A stretch of DNA of 63,702 nt, counting the filler, from Stramenopiles sp. TOSAG23-2 (lineage: Eukaryota), in the NCBI GenBank assembly GCA_900128395.1. It is 27 parts of 27 records of this genome, joined end to end, with 100 filler letters (N's around TTAATTAATTAA, not from the genome) between each part and the next. Parts side by side here need not be neighbours in the genome. Positions count along the whole stretch, not along the records: positions 1 to 3,714 come from LT651117.1; positions 3,815 to 7,526 come from LT651118.1; positions 7,627 to 11,337 come from LT651119.1; positions 11,438 to 15,147 come from LT651120.1; 23 more parts are not named here. One strand, 5' to 3'. Position numbers and translations under genes: made by a program. The number at the start of each line of letters is the position of its first letter. Positions within the stretch are counted from its first letter, which is position 1. Of the stretch, positions 1-11,598 are shown piece after piece. The notes under the pieces were generated by a model. It made no database searches. It was given only the letters and a program-made list of their open reading frames with translations, and was not told the origin of the DNA.

Positions 1-488
1 GAACCACTACCGAAAAGTAATTGGTTGCTATCTGGACCCCATGCTAAAGTATAAATGGCAGCACCTTGCTGCGAGAAGTTATTTCGCAACATCCCTGATC
101 TAGACCATATTTTGACACTACCATCTTCGCCACCAGATGCTAAAGAATTCCCATCAAAACTCCATTTCAAGCAAATAACGGCACCACCTGAAGCTTCTTT
201 AATTTTTTTCTGTTCATTACCACTTTTTGATAATAAACGTATAGTCCCATCCGAGCAAGAAACGGCAAACATATCAGAAGTTTGTTGTCCAGCACTTGGA
301 AACCAACTCATGTCGGTAACAAATGCATCTAAATCGCATACTTTACCTAAATGTTCACCTTGCAAATTCCATTTCATAATAACTTTATCATCGCCACAAG
401 TATATAATTCATTGGATGGTGTCCAACAAGTAGCAGTTACCATTTGCTTATGGACATTAACTGGTTGTTGTGTCGTTTTAAATTTCAT
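1..488 (-). CDS. IFT80: Intraflagellar transport protein 80, N-terminal WD40 region (3'-partial, runs off window start)
   Basis: Not in the ORF track. My minus-strand translation from ATG at 488 gives MKFKTTQQPVNVHKQMVTATCWTPSNELYTCGDDKVIMKWNL...SCSDGTIRLLSKSG...GAVICLKWSFDGNSLASGGEDGSVKIWSRSGMLRNNFSQQGAAIYTLAWGPDS, which matches the IFT80 N-terminus motif by motif. Confidence 0.9.
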   Translation of the reverse strand, partial: MKFKTTQQPVNVHKQMVTATCWTPSNELYTCGDDKVIMKWNLQGEHLGKVCDLDAFVTDMSWFPSAGQQTSDMFAVSCSDGTIRLLSKSGNEQKKIKEASGGAVICLKWSFDGNSLASGGEDGSVKIWSRSGMLRNNFSQQGAAIYTLAWGPDSNQLLFGSG

Positions 489-2091
489 CTTTATGTATAT
501 AATATTATAATTCAAATGATATATATATATATTAAATATATATTATCTTGTTTTGATAATATATTTTTTCTCTTTTGGAAAATACAAATGAAGAAAAAGG
601 ATGATAAGTTTGGTTATATTGCTCAAACGTAGCTAACAGAAAGACACAGATATCGTATAACATATACTTTTATACATATATAGTCACTGTTATTATTATA
701 TTAGTAGAAGAATTCATCAAGTGAATGATGTGTGAAATCTAAAATTCGTCGCTATATAATATGAACACACCATTGCAAGCCAAGGCAGCATTTCAAAAAT
801 CACAACAAAAAAATAATAAAAAATACAAAAAAATTTAAAAAAAAATTATTTGAAAAACTTGAATTGTGCAATTGGTACAGTAATTGGTATCCCGTGCTCC
901 CTATCATCATCCTTTACAGGAAAAGTTGACTGAGGATAGCATATAAATAATATTAAGTACTATATATATGCTAAATAGGTATACATAAATCACACAAATC
1001 GATTAAAACACCTTAAATATATCATACTTCTTCAGACTAAGAGACGATACAGAGCTACCTACATTAACATGGTATAAAAAAAAAAAAGTTGTTGTTGTTG
1101 GACACAGAAAGAAAAAAAAAGGTTTATTTTTTTATAGCTTTATACATTTGTCTTTATCTGTGCGTGCTGTTGTAAAAACATATTACAAGATATAATTATG
1201 GCAATCACTGCATCGACTAGGTATTTACAATATGTCACTTTTCACAGTGCATTTCGTCTATTTGCATATATAGTAAACAGGGAACGAGTTACGAGAGTTA
1301 AATTTTCTGATGTGGCTGTAAGTATTCAAAAATTTAAATTTGAATCATTAAACCCGAAAGGTAGAAATTCTCTCTCTAACACAACATATACTCTTGCATA
1401 TATATATATATATATTACTGTCCATAGTGGGAAAATCCTATCACAAGACAAGCTGCTTATGCATATACTGGAGTGATACGAAGTTTATTTATATTTAGGG
1501 TCTGTATTTATTTTTGGGGTTCATATTTAGAAAATAAAAAAGATAGGGATAGACTGTCTATCATTTCATTTCTATTTGATAGCCAAATGATGTATGGTAT
1601 CTTGTCGAAATCATTTTTACAAGGTGGTGTTGATATTGTCAAAAGTACACAAACACGTGCATTGGTTCATAGTCAAGGTTGGGTGCCATTGTCCATGCAA
1701 GCATCTCGGATTCTAGCTGCTTTTATTGCTTTTTTGTATGAAATGTATTATTGAGTAATGCATCAACGAAAGGGGGTATATTAATACTACTATATGAGAG
1801 TTACCACCAGGTGGTAGTAGTGGAGATAATACTATTTATATACTACCAACTATAATATCCTATATATATATAATTCTTGTAAACTTTATTTTTATTATGG
1901 ATATTTGAATAAATATATATATATATAAATACACACACACTGGCGGCACACACATACAGATGAGAACAAATATATACATATATATATAGAAGTATACACA
2001 TCAGATTCTATATTGAAACCATCTATTATTATTATTAATAATAATACCTCTCTGTCTCTCTCTCTCTCTCTCTCACACACACATATATAAA

Positions 2092-3256
2092 ATGGTCAAT
2101 ACGAAATATATGTTACGATCAATCTTCATGCCATCATTTTTCATTTATTATTATTGTTTTATAACATCATTTGTCTTAATAAAAAAAGTTGAAGCAGCAA
2201 CATATGCAGAGCAAACAACATGGTGGAATTCAGATTTTTATGGTATGCTAGGTGTTTCCAAAGATGTTGAAACAAGAGAATTGAAAAAAGTATATCGAAA
2301 ACTAGCAAGAACATTTCATCCTGACAAATATGAAACGAGTGGCCCCGAAATCAAACAAGTATTTACAAAAGATGAAGCAGCAAATAAATTTTTAGAAATT
2401 AGTGGAGCATATGAAATATTAAAAGATGAAGATAAAAGAAAAGAATATGATGAATTTATTGCTTCCATTCCAGCACGATTCCGCCCAGTATATGGTGAAA
2501 GTCGATTAGCCAAAGCTGATGTATGGGTTGTGATACTTGGTTTTTTGTTGGCATTGACTGGAATACAATACGTTTCACAAAGATTTAAATTTAATTCGTT
2601 TGTAAAATTTTGGAAGACACGAGATGATGTACAACAATGGGGGATGGAACAAACAGAGGAGGACTATCAAAAACAATTAAAAAGCATTGACTGGAATACA
2701 ATACGTTTCACAAAGATTTAAATTTAATTCGTTTGTAAAATTTTGGAAGACACGAGATGATGTACAACAATGGGGGATGGAACAAACAGAGGAGGACTAT
2801 CAAAAACAATTAAAAACAATGAAAAAAATGACAAAACAAGATAAACGCATTTTAAGGGCACAACTTGTTGATGATTTTTTAACATTGAAATCAAAAGATT
2901 TGGATGTTAAAGGTGGATATAAAAAATTGGTATGGCATGAATTAATAATCGTGCGTTTCTTTTGCTCCCCATATACGATACCTAGGTGGTTTTTTGCATT
3001 ATTGTCATATACTTTAAGATTATTAAGAAATACACCAACGGAGGATGATAAAATATATTGGACAAAAGGTGCTTTAAAAATGAAAGATACACAATGGGAG
3101 CAATTAGATGATGAAGATAAAGAAGAATATGTATCAAAGGAATTATGGATATCAGCAAATATGGCAAAATATCAAAAAGAACAGCAAGATGAATATATGA
3201 AATCAAACCCGGCTCAGATGAAACGATATTTAAGATGGAAAAAGAAAAATCGATAG
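2092..3256 (+). CDS. DNAJC25: DnaJ subfamily C member 25-like protein (signal peptide, J-domain, TM); split into two ORFs by a 133-bp tandem duplication
   Basis: J-domain FYGMLGV...YRKLARTFHPDK, a hydrophobic segment, and C-terminal ELW..N...Y..EQ...KRYLRWKK. Removing one copy of 2551-2683 joins ORFs 2092-2721 and 2687-3256 in frame. Confidence 0.8.
2551..2816. repeat. Perfect 133-bp tandem duplication inside the DnaJ gene (probable assembly artefact)
   Basis: 2551-2683 is identical to 2684-2816. Confidence 0.9.
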
Positions 3257-3444
3257 AACGCATGTGTTTTATACGAACCGTTCGTATTTTTACGTGTATA
3301 TGTGTGTGTGCCGAGAAGAGTGAAGACCCGGCTCAGATGAAACGATATTTAAGATGGAAAAAGAAAAATCGATAGAACGCATGTGTTTTATACGAACCGT
3401 TCGTATTTTTACGTGTATATGTGTGTGTGCCGAGAAGAGTGAAG
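3207..3444. repeat. Perfect 119-bp tandem duplication covering the DnaJ stop codon and 3' UTR
   Basis: 3207-3325 is identical to 3326-3444. Confidence 0.9.
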
Positions 3445-3714
3445 AGTGAAGAGTGAAGAGTGGAGAGTTTTGCACACACACTCATACTTTTTTTTGTAGT
3501 ACACAGTGTATTATATGCATATTTTTTTAATATTTAAAAAGTATTTTTTTAGTTTTTTTTATAAAAAATATAAAATGAGTAAATTAAAAAATAAGTTATG
3601 CATTAATTAATTATCGTAATATATACGCCTCGTAATAAAAAAAAAGACTTTTTTAAAATTCATTTATCCAAACCGACAGTTCGATCATCATAATCTTGTT
3701 GAAATTCTGCTTGT

Positions 3715-3814
3715 NNNNNNNNNNNNNNNNNNNNNNNNNNNNNNNNNNNNNNNNNNNNTTAATTAATTAANNNNNNNNNNNNNNNNNNNNNNNNNNNNNN
3801 NNNNNNNNNNNNNN
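3715..3814. other. Artificial contig linker N44-TTAATTAATTAA-N44 (first of 26 in the window)
   Basis: The same ~100-nt spacer with all-frame stops recurs throughout; the flanking contigs are sorted by length. Confidence 0.98.
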
Positions 3815-4527
3815 TTAAATCGAATGAATAAGTTAAAACGTAATCAACGACGTGGTAGATTTATTCGGTAAGAAAGATTAGAAAGGTGAGAAGTGAGAGA
3901 GAGGGAGAGAGAGAAGGCAAGAGCGCAAGAGCAAGAGATGTAAAACGAGTAATAAATCTGCAGGAGGAAAACCAAGAGCCAAGAGACGTTTTTGTTCTTT
4001 AGCTGTGCTGCTGTGCTTTTTAAAAATTGCTTTTTTTGCTTTTTGTTTTTTTATAAAATAAAAATTAAATACGAGTACGAGATACGAGTATGATAAAAAT
4101 ATTTTTTAAAATTCAATTTTTTAATTTTTACTTTCCCCATCTCTCTCAAAATTAACCCTCTAAAATTTTACAAAAAACATTGTATTCATTTTTATTGTCT
4201 CTTTTCCTCCCTTCAAAAGGTGCAAATCTTTCATATCTCTAAAAAGTATTTGCCTGTGGATGTGGTGGAAAAGGTTATTATTGTTTGTGAAAATGTTACA
4301 CCATGTGAAAAGCTGTTGGTGCAAAATATGTTTTGATAAATTCTGTTGTATTGTTGTACCGTTTTTATCATCTCTTATGCAACGATATGTCGTCTAGTAG
4401 CATTTCTGTATTGTTAAAAATTCAGTTTCTTTTTCTTTTTTTTTACTATTTTTCATATATGTATATATATATATATATTTTACATTTGATTCTTGCGATA
4501 TATTACATTATCGTACATCACCCATCA

Positions 4528-4782
4528 TCATTGTGGTGCATTACAGCTCGTTATTGTTCCATTGGTAGTTGCATTTGCTACTAAACGTCTTACATCATGT
4601 TGCAATGAACGTTCGTTTTCTTGGTTAAAGATTGTTTGACTCATATATGCAATTGCTAATGCAAATACAGCAATACATAATGTTCCTCTTACATAATAAC
4701 GTGCTTGTTTTTTAACCTTTTGTTTTAATTTTAACATTTTTTTATGTGTCATCATCGTTGTTTTTTCTACCATCATTATCAA
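4528..4782 (-). CDS. Possible membrane-protein N-terminal fragment (basic stretch, one TM, RRL motif); may be a gene remnant
   Basis: KKQARYYVRGTLCIAVFALAIAYMSQ followed by DVRRLV; ends early at TGA TGA. Confidence 0.3.
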   Translation of the reverse strand: MIMMVEKTTMMTHKKMLKLKQKVKKQARYYVRGTLCIAVFALAIAYMSQTIFNQENERSLQHDVRRLVANATTNGTITSCNAPQ

Positions 4783-5292
4783 CGTACGTTTTTAAATCCT
4801 GTTATTACTATTATTTATCTCGCACGATGGTTGTATATAATATATATATATGTATATCAAATATGTTTTTGTTATACGCGTATGTGTGAGGAGTATCAAT
4901 GCAAATAGATATGTGCTAAAAATGTGTCCTATATTCGTTGGGTAGGATGGATAATTTGTTTGTTCCGTTGTTTTAATACTATCCACAACAATTTATATAT
5001 ATGTATATATCCACACACAACTTGTTATCTCAATTCGTTCTTGTATAAACTAAACTAGCTGAATAAAACTATTTTATTGATCGATGAATGCCAATTATGT
5101 ATTTACTTTTACATTTGATTCGTCTCTTATCTAACATGTCCATGCAATATATATATCTATATATATATATTTCCCCATTGTTAACAGTGTTAAATGTGTT
5201 TTGCTCCTCCTCTTGGCAGGCATGAAACAGCGTTTTCCCCGCAGGAAAAATTGGATCGTAGTGGATGCTGTGTCGATGTTATATACATAAAT

Positions 5293-5500
5293 GCATGGGA
5301 TTAACAGGAAGACCAATAGCATTGGCACAGCAGCTATTATGGTTCAATTTGGTAGCATGGGATTAACAGGAAGATCAATAGCATGAACACAGCGTTTGTT
5401 ATGGTTCAATTTTGGTATTTGGATGTGTCAGCATGAGATTAACAAGAAGACCAATAGCATTGACACAGCAACTGTTATGGTTCAATTTGGTATTTGGATT
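5293..5500. repeat. Three imperfect tandem copies of a ~62-76 bp unit
   Basis: GCATGGGATTAACAGGAAGACCAATAGCAT...TTATGGTTCAATTTGGTA begins at about 5293, 5355 and 5431. Confidence 0.8.
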
Positions 5501-6227
5501 TGTTACATCCTATTAAATGCAATATTTACTAGTATGATATGTAGTATTCTTAATTAGAAGAGGATAGGTGATTAATGACCCAAGAAGAGGAAGGAGCTAT
5601 AGCCTACGACAAGGAGGTAGAAAATCGACCAAGGAGAGGGTTATATATGGAAATAGCATTGGTTTTACGGCGGAGAATCGATCGTATTTATTGCTTTTTT
5701 AGCTTTTCATTTAGCTTAAACGGGCATCAAAAAATGATGATTGTTTTGCAACGAACAAATATTACATTTTGGGGCGACGACGACGGCCTCCAATATCTAC
5801 AATGTACATGATCTACACTATCTACAATGTACTGTACTCTTATACATCTATACGTTTTTACATTTTTTTACAAGTCACCACAAGTACCAAAAGTTGTCTA
5901 CATTCCACATCAGATATGCATACGGTATATTCAGGAAACATCCCGCTGTGAGATTGTGTGTACTACATCATGTAGCTAGCTACTTTGCCTTATAGCTTTC
6001 TATCTTGTAAATGAGAAATGAGACGGCAGCGAGATCTCGAAATTTAATCCGTATGTATATAGCGAAGACGCAGTACAGACGGTAAGCTGGTAAGCGAAAA
6101 GCGAAGAGGCGAGGATCTCGACTAATCCGTAAAGGTGGTGATTAGTGGTGGTGTAAATATATTTTTTGAACATACTAATCATAATACTAATCATAATAAT
6201 AATAATAATAATAATAATACAAATATT

Positions 6228-7183
6228 ATGGAAACAAAAGTCGGGGGAAATGTTATACACTCAAATAAATTAATAGAACAAGAACGTGATATTAACGAAT
6301 TTTTAAATAAAACATTAGGTATGATGATATATTCTGATGCGGTGCAAAAAATAGGAACAGAAAACGAAGGAAAGAACGTCGATAAAAATGAATTAAAAGA
6401 AGAGTTAGAAAATGACATTATTATTGACAATGACGACGATTCAAGTAACATTGATACCGTTATCAAAGAATTAATGAATACTAATAAAGATTTAGAAAAT
6501 AAACTTTTATATCAAAACCGTATCATTGATGATTAAAATGCTGGTATAGTAGAAAAAGAATTTGCGTTGCGATATACACGACGCGTTAATAATGAAACAG
6601 AGAAAAACAATGTGGATTTGAGGTTTATGATGGATGATTTAGAAGATACATTAAAAAGTGTTGTTGATACAAATGAAACAAGTGAACGTGCAAGAAAATT
6701 AATGAATGATTTTATGGCGATCAATAATGAAATTAATATTACACCAAAGCGTTTTAATAATCAAACGAATGTTTCACCTATATATTTATCCCCGCCAAAT
6801 ACCAGCTATTCTAGTAGCAGTAGTGGAGGTAGTATGAGAAATAGTAGTATTACTACAAGGGGTGGTAGTCATGAGAAACAGATGATGGCAATCAATCGTA
6901 GTATTGAAAATGTTCATTCTTCTTCTACTTTCAATAATGAAACAGTGACTAGTATCATACTTCCAGCTATGTTAATCGACGAAAATGATTTTGCAGATAA
7001 GGTATACAATTCACCACCACCTACTGAGGAGGCAACTGGTAAAAATAATAACATGATGAAGCTTGGAATTCGTGGTTCAAGCTTGGAATTCGTGGTTCTA
7101 GTAGTAGTATTATTATTAGTAATGATGGGAATACTACTGCAGTGAACAATGATAGAAGTGGAGGTGAGGAAATATGGGTGTGA
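6228..7183 (+). pseudogene. Coiled-coil, Ser/Asn-rich protein interrupted by an in-frame TAA (6534) and a 20-bp duplication frameshift
   Basis: ORFs 6135-6536 and 6567-7145 share a frame, separated only by the TAA (IIDD*NAGIVEKEFALRY). AAGCTTGGAATTCGTGGTTC is duplicated at 7059-7098; removing one copy gives a Ser-rich tail ending at TGA 7181-7183. Confidence 0.55.
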
Positions 7184-7744
7184 GGGGTCTCCGGTGGGAC
7201 TGCCGAGAGTGAGTGTGTGGAGTGTGTCTAGTGTCTAGTCAAGAGATCTGAAGAGAGCTCAGAGAGAGCGGAGAGTGGTGCGTGTTGTGCGTTTTGGTCA
7301 TTTTGTCGGTTAAAATTGTGTGCGTGTGTGTAAAACGTGTAAAAAATTTAATTTCACACACTCTTTTTTTAAGAAACAACTCCTCTATATTTAATTTTTT
7401 TTTTAATAATTCGCCGTATTAAAAAAATATTTTTATTCCAAAATATTATCTCCCTTGTAAGTTTCACCGTTGCTCTTCCAACTTTTGCCTTTCAATGAAA
7501 CGACGTGTTTGTTCAAGAACCATATCNNNNNNNNNNNNNNNNNNNNNNNNNNNNNNNNNNNNNNNNNNNNTTAATTAATTAANNNNNNNNNNNNNNNNNN
7601 NNNNNNNNNNNNNNNNNNNNNNNNNNTTTCTTCATGAAAATATTTTTTTTTAACATTTATTACTTTTACGCTGTAATAGGCTTGAAAATATTTATATCAT
7701 AGGACTTCTTAGAGTATGAATTGTGATGATCCGCCAAATTTAGC

Positions 7745-10549
7745 ATGGACACAGCAACATCTCTACATACCTCAGCCGACTAATACATTGGTGGCTTTAA
7801 TAATAATAATAAAAAAAATAGAAAAAAACATGGCAATGGCAAGATTACGTATGGATATACTGTGTGGCAATTTAAGATTGGAACAGAGCAACGACAACGA
7901 CGAAAACAGAGCAACGACGAGAGTCGTCTGTATTATGGTGGTAGAAGTTATGAGGGTCAGTGGAAGAATGACAAATATCATGGAGAAGGTATGTATACTT
8001 ATCCAGATGGTATGACTATCAAGGGAAAATGGAAAGAGGGAACCAAATGCGGTAAATGCATCATAAGTGTACCAAAACGTTGCTCTAAATATGAAGTAGA
8101 GTTTAATTGCAGAGGTATACCGAAAGAAGTAGGAACATTATACGATACTTGTACTGTATCTGATCCTCGACGTAAAACGTGTGAAACCTACAAGCAATAC
8201 AAAAATGGAAAACTTACTGTGGAAGGGGATTTTGTTATGGAGGGAGATTTCATCTATAAAGATCATAAAAAATCCTACCAAAAAAAAGACTTTACGAAGA
8301 CTATAAAACGAAGTGAAAGAGAAAGGAATTCTATGAAAAGCATGTTTATAAAACAGGGACAAACCGTCACTGTCCGCAACGCAGAACCACATAGAACTCA
8401 ATGGGAAAAAAATTTGGAAGTCTATACATTTGCAACGGAAATTTTCATGTATGGTATGGTTAAACAAAAGTTCGATGATGGCCGTACATATAGTGGAATG
8501 GTTAAATTAGATCGTTTACATGGTTTTGGTACCTATAAGTGGCCCAAAGATTATAAATTTTCTTCAGTTCTAAAAGACCATGATATAAAGTTTGTCGAAT
8601 TAGTAGGTAGTTTTAGACACGGCAATGTTGTGAACGGGGAATTAAAATTCAAAATTGGCAAAGTAAATTCTTCAATTGAATTTGAGAATATTGATCACAA
8701 TATAATTGGATTATCCGGTCTTGTTGTTGATTGGTTGGTCAATGCACCGAAAGTAACACGAAAATGTAAGTTTTGTCAACATTTTCCTGTTAAACAAAAG
8801 TTCGATGATGGCCGTACATATAGTGGAATGGTTGAATTAGATCGTTTACATTGTTCTGGTACCTATAAGTGGCCCAAAGATTATAAATTTTCTTCAGTTC
8901 TAAAAGACCATGATATAAAGTTTGTCGAATTAGTAGGTAGTTTTAGACACGGCAATGTTGTGAAAGGGGAATTAAAATTCAAAATTGGCAAAGTAAATTC
9001 TTCAATTAAATTTGGGTATATTGATCACGATATAATTGGATTATCCGCTCTGGTTGTTGATTGGTTGGTCAATGCACCGAAAGTAACACGAAAATGTGAG
9101 ATTTGTCAACAATTTCTTTATACATCGACAATAACAATCAGTACTGGTCAACACGTAACATGCACAAAGCAAGAGTTGCGAAAAGAAAGGATATGGTGTT
9201 ATGACAAAGTTTTAAAACGTTTGCCTATGACATATCCAGTGTCATCTCTACCAGTGCAACGATTACCGCAACACGGAGGGGGTTACAACTATGGTAATTA
9301 CAACTATACAACTAGTAGTTTAGATTCACAGGCACGGCCTTATTTTAATCATGCAGATTATTTACTAAATATGCCACCTTGTTGTCAAACATGCTATGAT
9401 AATAAAAATGAGAAATATATTACAATTGTAAACAAATTGAAAGATGAAAGAATGGAATATTTAGAGATTAAGCGAAAAGAATTTTACAAAAAAAATACTA
9501 AGAGAAAGAATCCGCAAGGGTTGTCAAACCCTGGTCATGGGAAACAATATGTTTATGCAAATACTTACAAAAAAAGTGCTTTTTCCTTCTGTCGATTTTT
9601 TTCTCGTGGATTTGGTATTTATGAATATCCTGGTACCCGACACGAGAAACCTATGCAAGCTGGATCATTAAAAGTTACACCGCATGTAGAAGAAGATAAA
9701 AATGAATCTAAGGAAATGAAAAACAACAATATGGTCATCGTCGCGTGTGAAAAAGGCAGATTAAACGATGTTAAAACATTTATTAAAAATGGCACGGTGG
9801 AAGATGTTAATACATATGAAGGGAATAGTAGTGATGGTAATGGTTATACACTACTACATGCAGCATCGCGCTACGAACATTATGAAATTGTCCAGTATTT
9901 GCTATCCCTACCTGGCATCGATGTGGGTGTTGCAGATAGTGATGGATGGACAGCCATTATGTGGGCTGCTATGCTCAACGAAAAGAATTTGGATGTTCTA
10001 AAAGCATTATTGAATCATAAAACATGTACATGGGAAGTGTTAAACAAAAAGACTATCCATGATAAAAATACAGCATTGGATTTCACAAAAAAAGAACTGG
10101 TAAAAACACAGAATCGGATTTCAGAAAAGGAACACCCAATGATAGATTTGTTACAACAAAAAATAAATGAATTACAAAATGCCGGAGCTCGGCACAGGCG
10201 TGAAACGCAGTTGATGCGATTGGAAAACTTGATGATGGTGAACATCAATACCTGTGGATTTCGTGTTTGCCGTGATTCCCATGGCTTTGTTGATTCGTTT
10301 GTTGTTACAGATTCGGACAAATTAAAATCATTTGCTGGTGACTTATGTGCACCCGACCGGGATATGCTGTTAACTTTTGTGCCGGATGAAATTGCTTTTG
10401 ATGACAATGATGATGGCAACGGCAGTGGTGGTGGTGAAGATGATGATTCATTCCCATCCTTTGAAATTGCTTTTGATGACAATGATGATGGCAACGGCAG
10501 TGGTGGTGGTGAAGATGATGATCCATTCTCATCCTTTGGTGATTTTTAG
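7745..10549 (+). CDS. MORN-repeat + duplicated 110-aa module + ankyrin-repeat protein (in-frame TAA at 7781 near the 5' end)
   Basis: MORN motifs YEGQWKNDKYHGEGMYTYPDG and TYSGMVKLDRLHGFGTYKW. Ankyrin motifs GYTLLHAASRYEHYEIVQYLL and DGWTAIMWAAM. The frame extends upstream of 7862 through YIGGFNN..KHGNGKITY to a TAA, with an ATG at 7745. Confidence 0.75.
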
Positions 10550-10744
10550 GAAAAGTTGTACAGATATTTCGCACAGAAAAATATTGTATTAATATTATTA
10601 TATTTTTTGATTTTTCAATTATTATTTTTTGTTGGTGAGGGAGTTTTATAATAGTAGGCACATAGCATTAAAATTATTTTTATAACAAACAAATTCAAAA
10701 CACTCCTTAAACCATTATTTTGTAACTTGGTATATAGTGATAAT

Positions 10745-10922
10745 TTTGGGCAGGGGTCCTTGCCTCACAGGCGTCTGTAACTTTGAACGTTTAGATAATA
10801 ATAGGACAAATTAGCTTAAGAGAATACGACTAAAAAGAAAATTTAGTACTGGTGTCCCTGCTTTTTGCGATTTAAGAGGCGTTAAGTTACAGACGCCTGT
10901 GAGGCAAGGACCCCTGCCCAAA
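10745..10922. mobile_element. MITE: 39-bp perfect terminal inverted repeats with a candidate TAAT target-site duplication
   Basis: 10745-10783 TTTGGGCAGGGGTCCTTGCCTCACAGGCGTCTGTAACTT is the exact reverse complement of 10884-10922. TAAT lies at 10741-10744 and 10923-10926. Confidence 0.85.
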
Positions 10923-11598
10923 TAATGTAAAATATACATTTTTGCTGATCCTAAAATTTAAGGCCATTGTGCTATGTATAAAATATTAGGAACGAACTGT
11001 AATAAACGTCAATTTATCCTGTAGAACACCTCACAAATTTGTTAATTTTTTCATCTCATAGTGTTTAAGTATAAAATTAGATAGGAATTGTTTTGATAGA
11101 TAATCATATTTTGTAGTGTCCAAGTATGAAACACAAAAAATCTATAAAATTTTGATGAAAATCGTAAAAAACCAAAAAAAATAATGGTTCCTGCTATTAC
11201 GGCTTATATTCGAAGACCGGAAAACTTTGTAAAAGAAAAACACGATTCTTTGGTAAAAATCAGTAATTTACCAAAGATTGCGACATTTGATTTACCTGCT
11301 ATTACGGCTTATTTCGTTTGGACATTTGATTTACCTGNNNNNNNNNNNNNNNNNNNNNNNNNNNNNNNNNNNNNNNNNNNNTTAATTAATTAANNNNNNN
11401 NNNNNNNNNNNNNNNNNNNNNNNNNNNNNNNNNNNNNACACTCTCCCAGCTCTCTGTCCAACTTACAGCGCTCATCTTTACTTCAATTGATACCCATTTT
11501 ATAAAAGCCTTTTATATTTTTATAGATAAAAGTGATGTATCTTTTGGAGCCGTCTCTATTTTTTTTCTTTTCGGTCGAGCTGCAACACATCGTTTGTC

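Noticed and set aside
55-510. 151-aa plus-strand ORF
   Set aside because: Antisense shadow of IFT80. The same applies to 21098-22063, 40620-41219, 56073-56498 and most short ORFs overlapping long genes.
5293-5500. CRISPR-like array
   Set aside because: Whole units are similar, with no unique spacers, and there are no cas genes. This is a minisatellite, as is 59361-59540.
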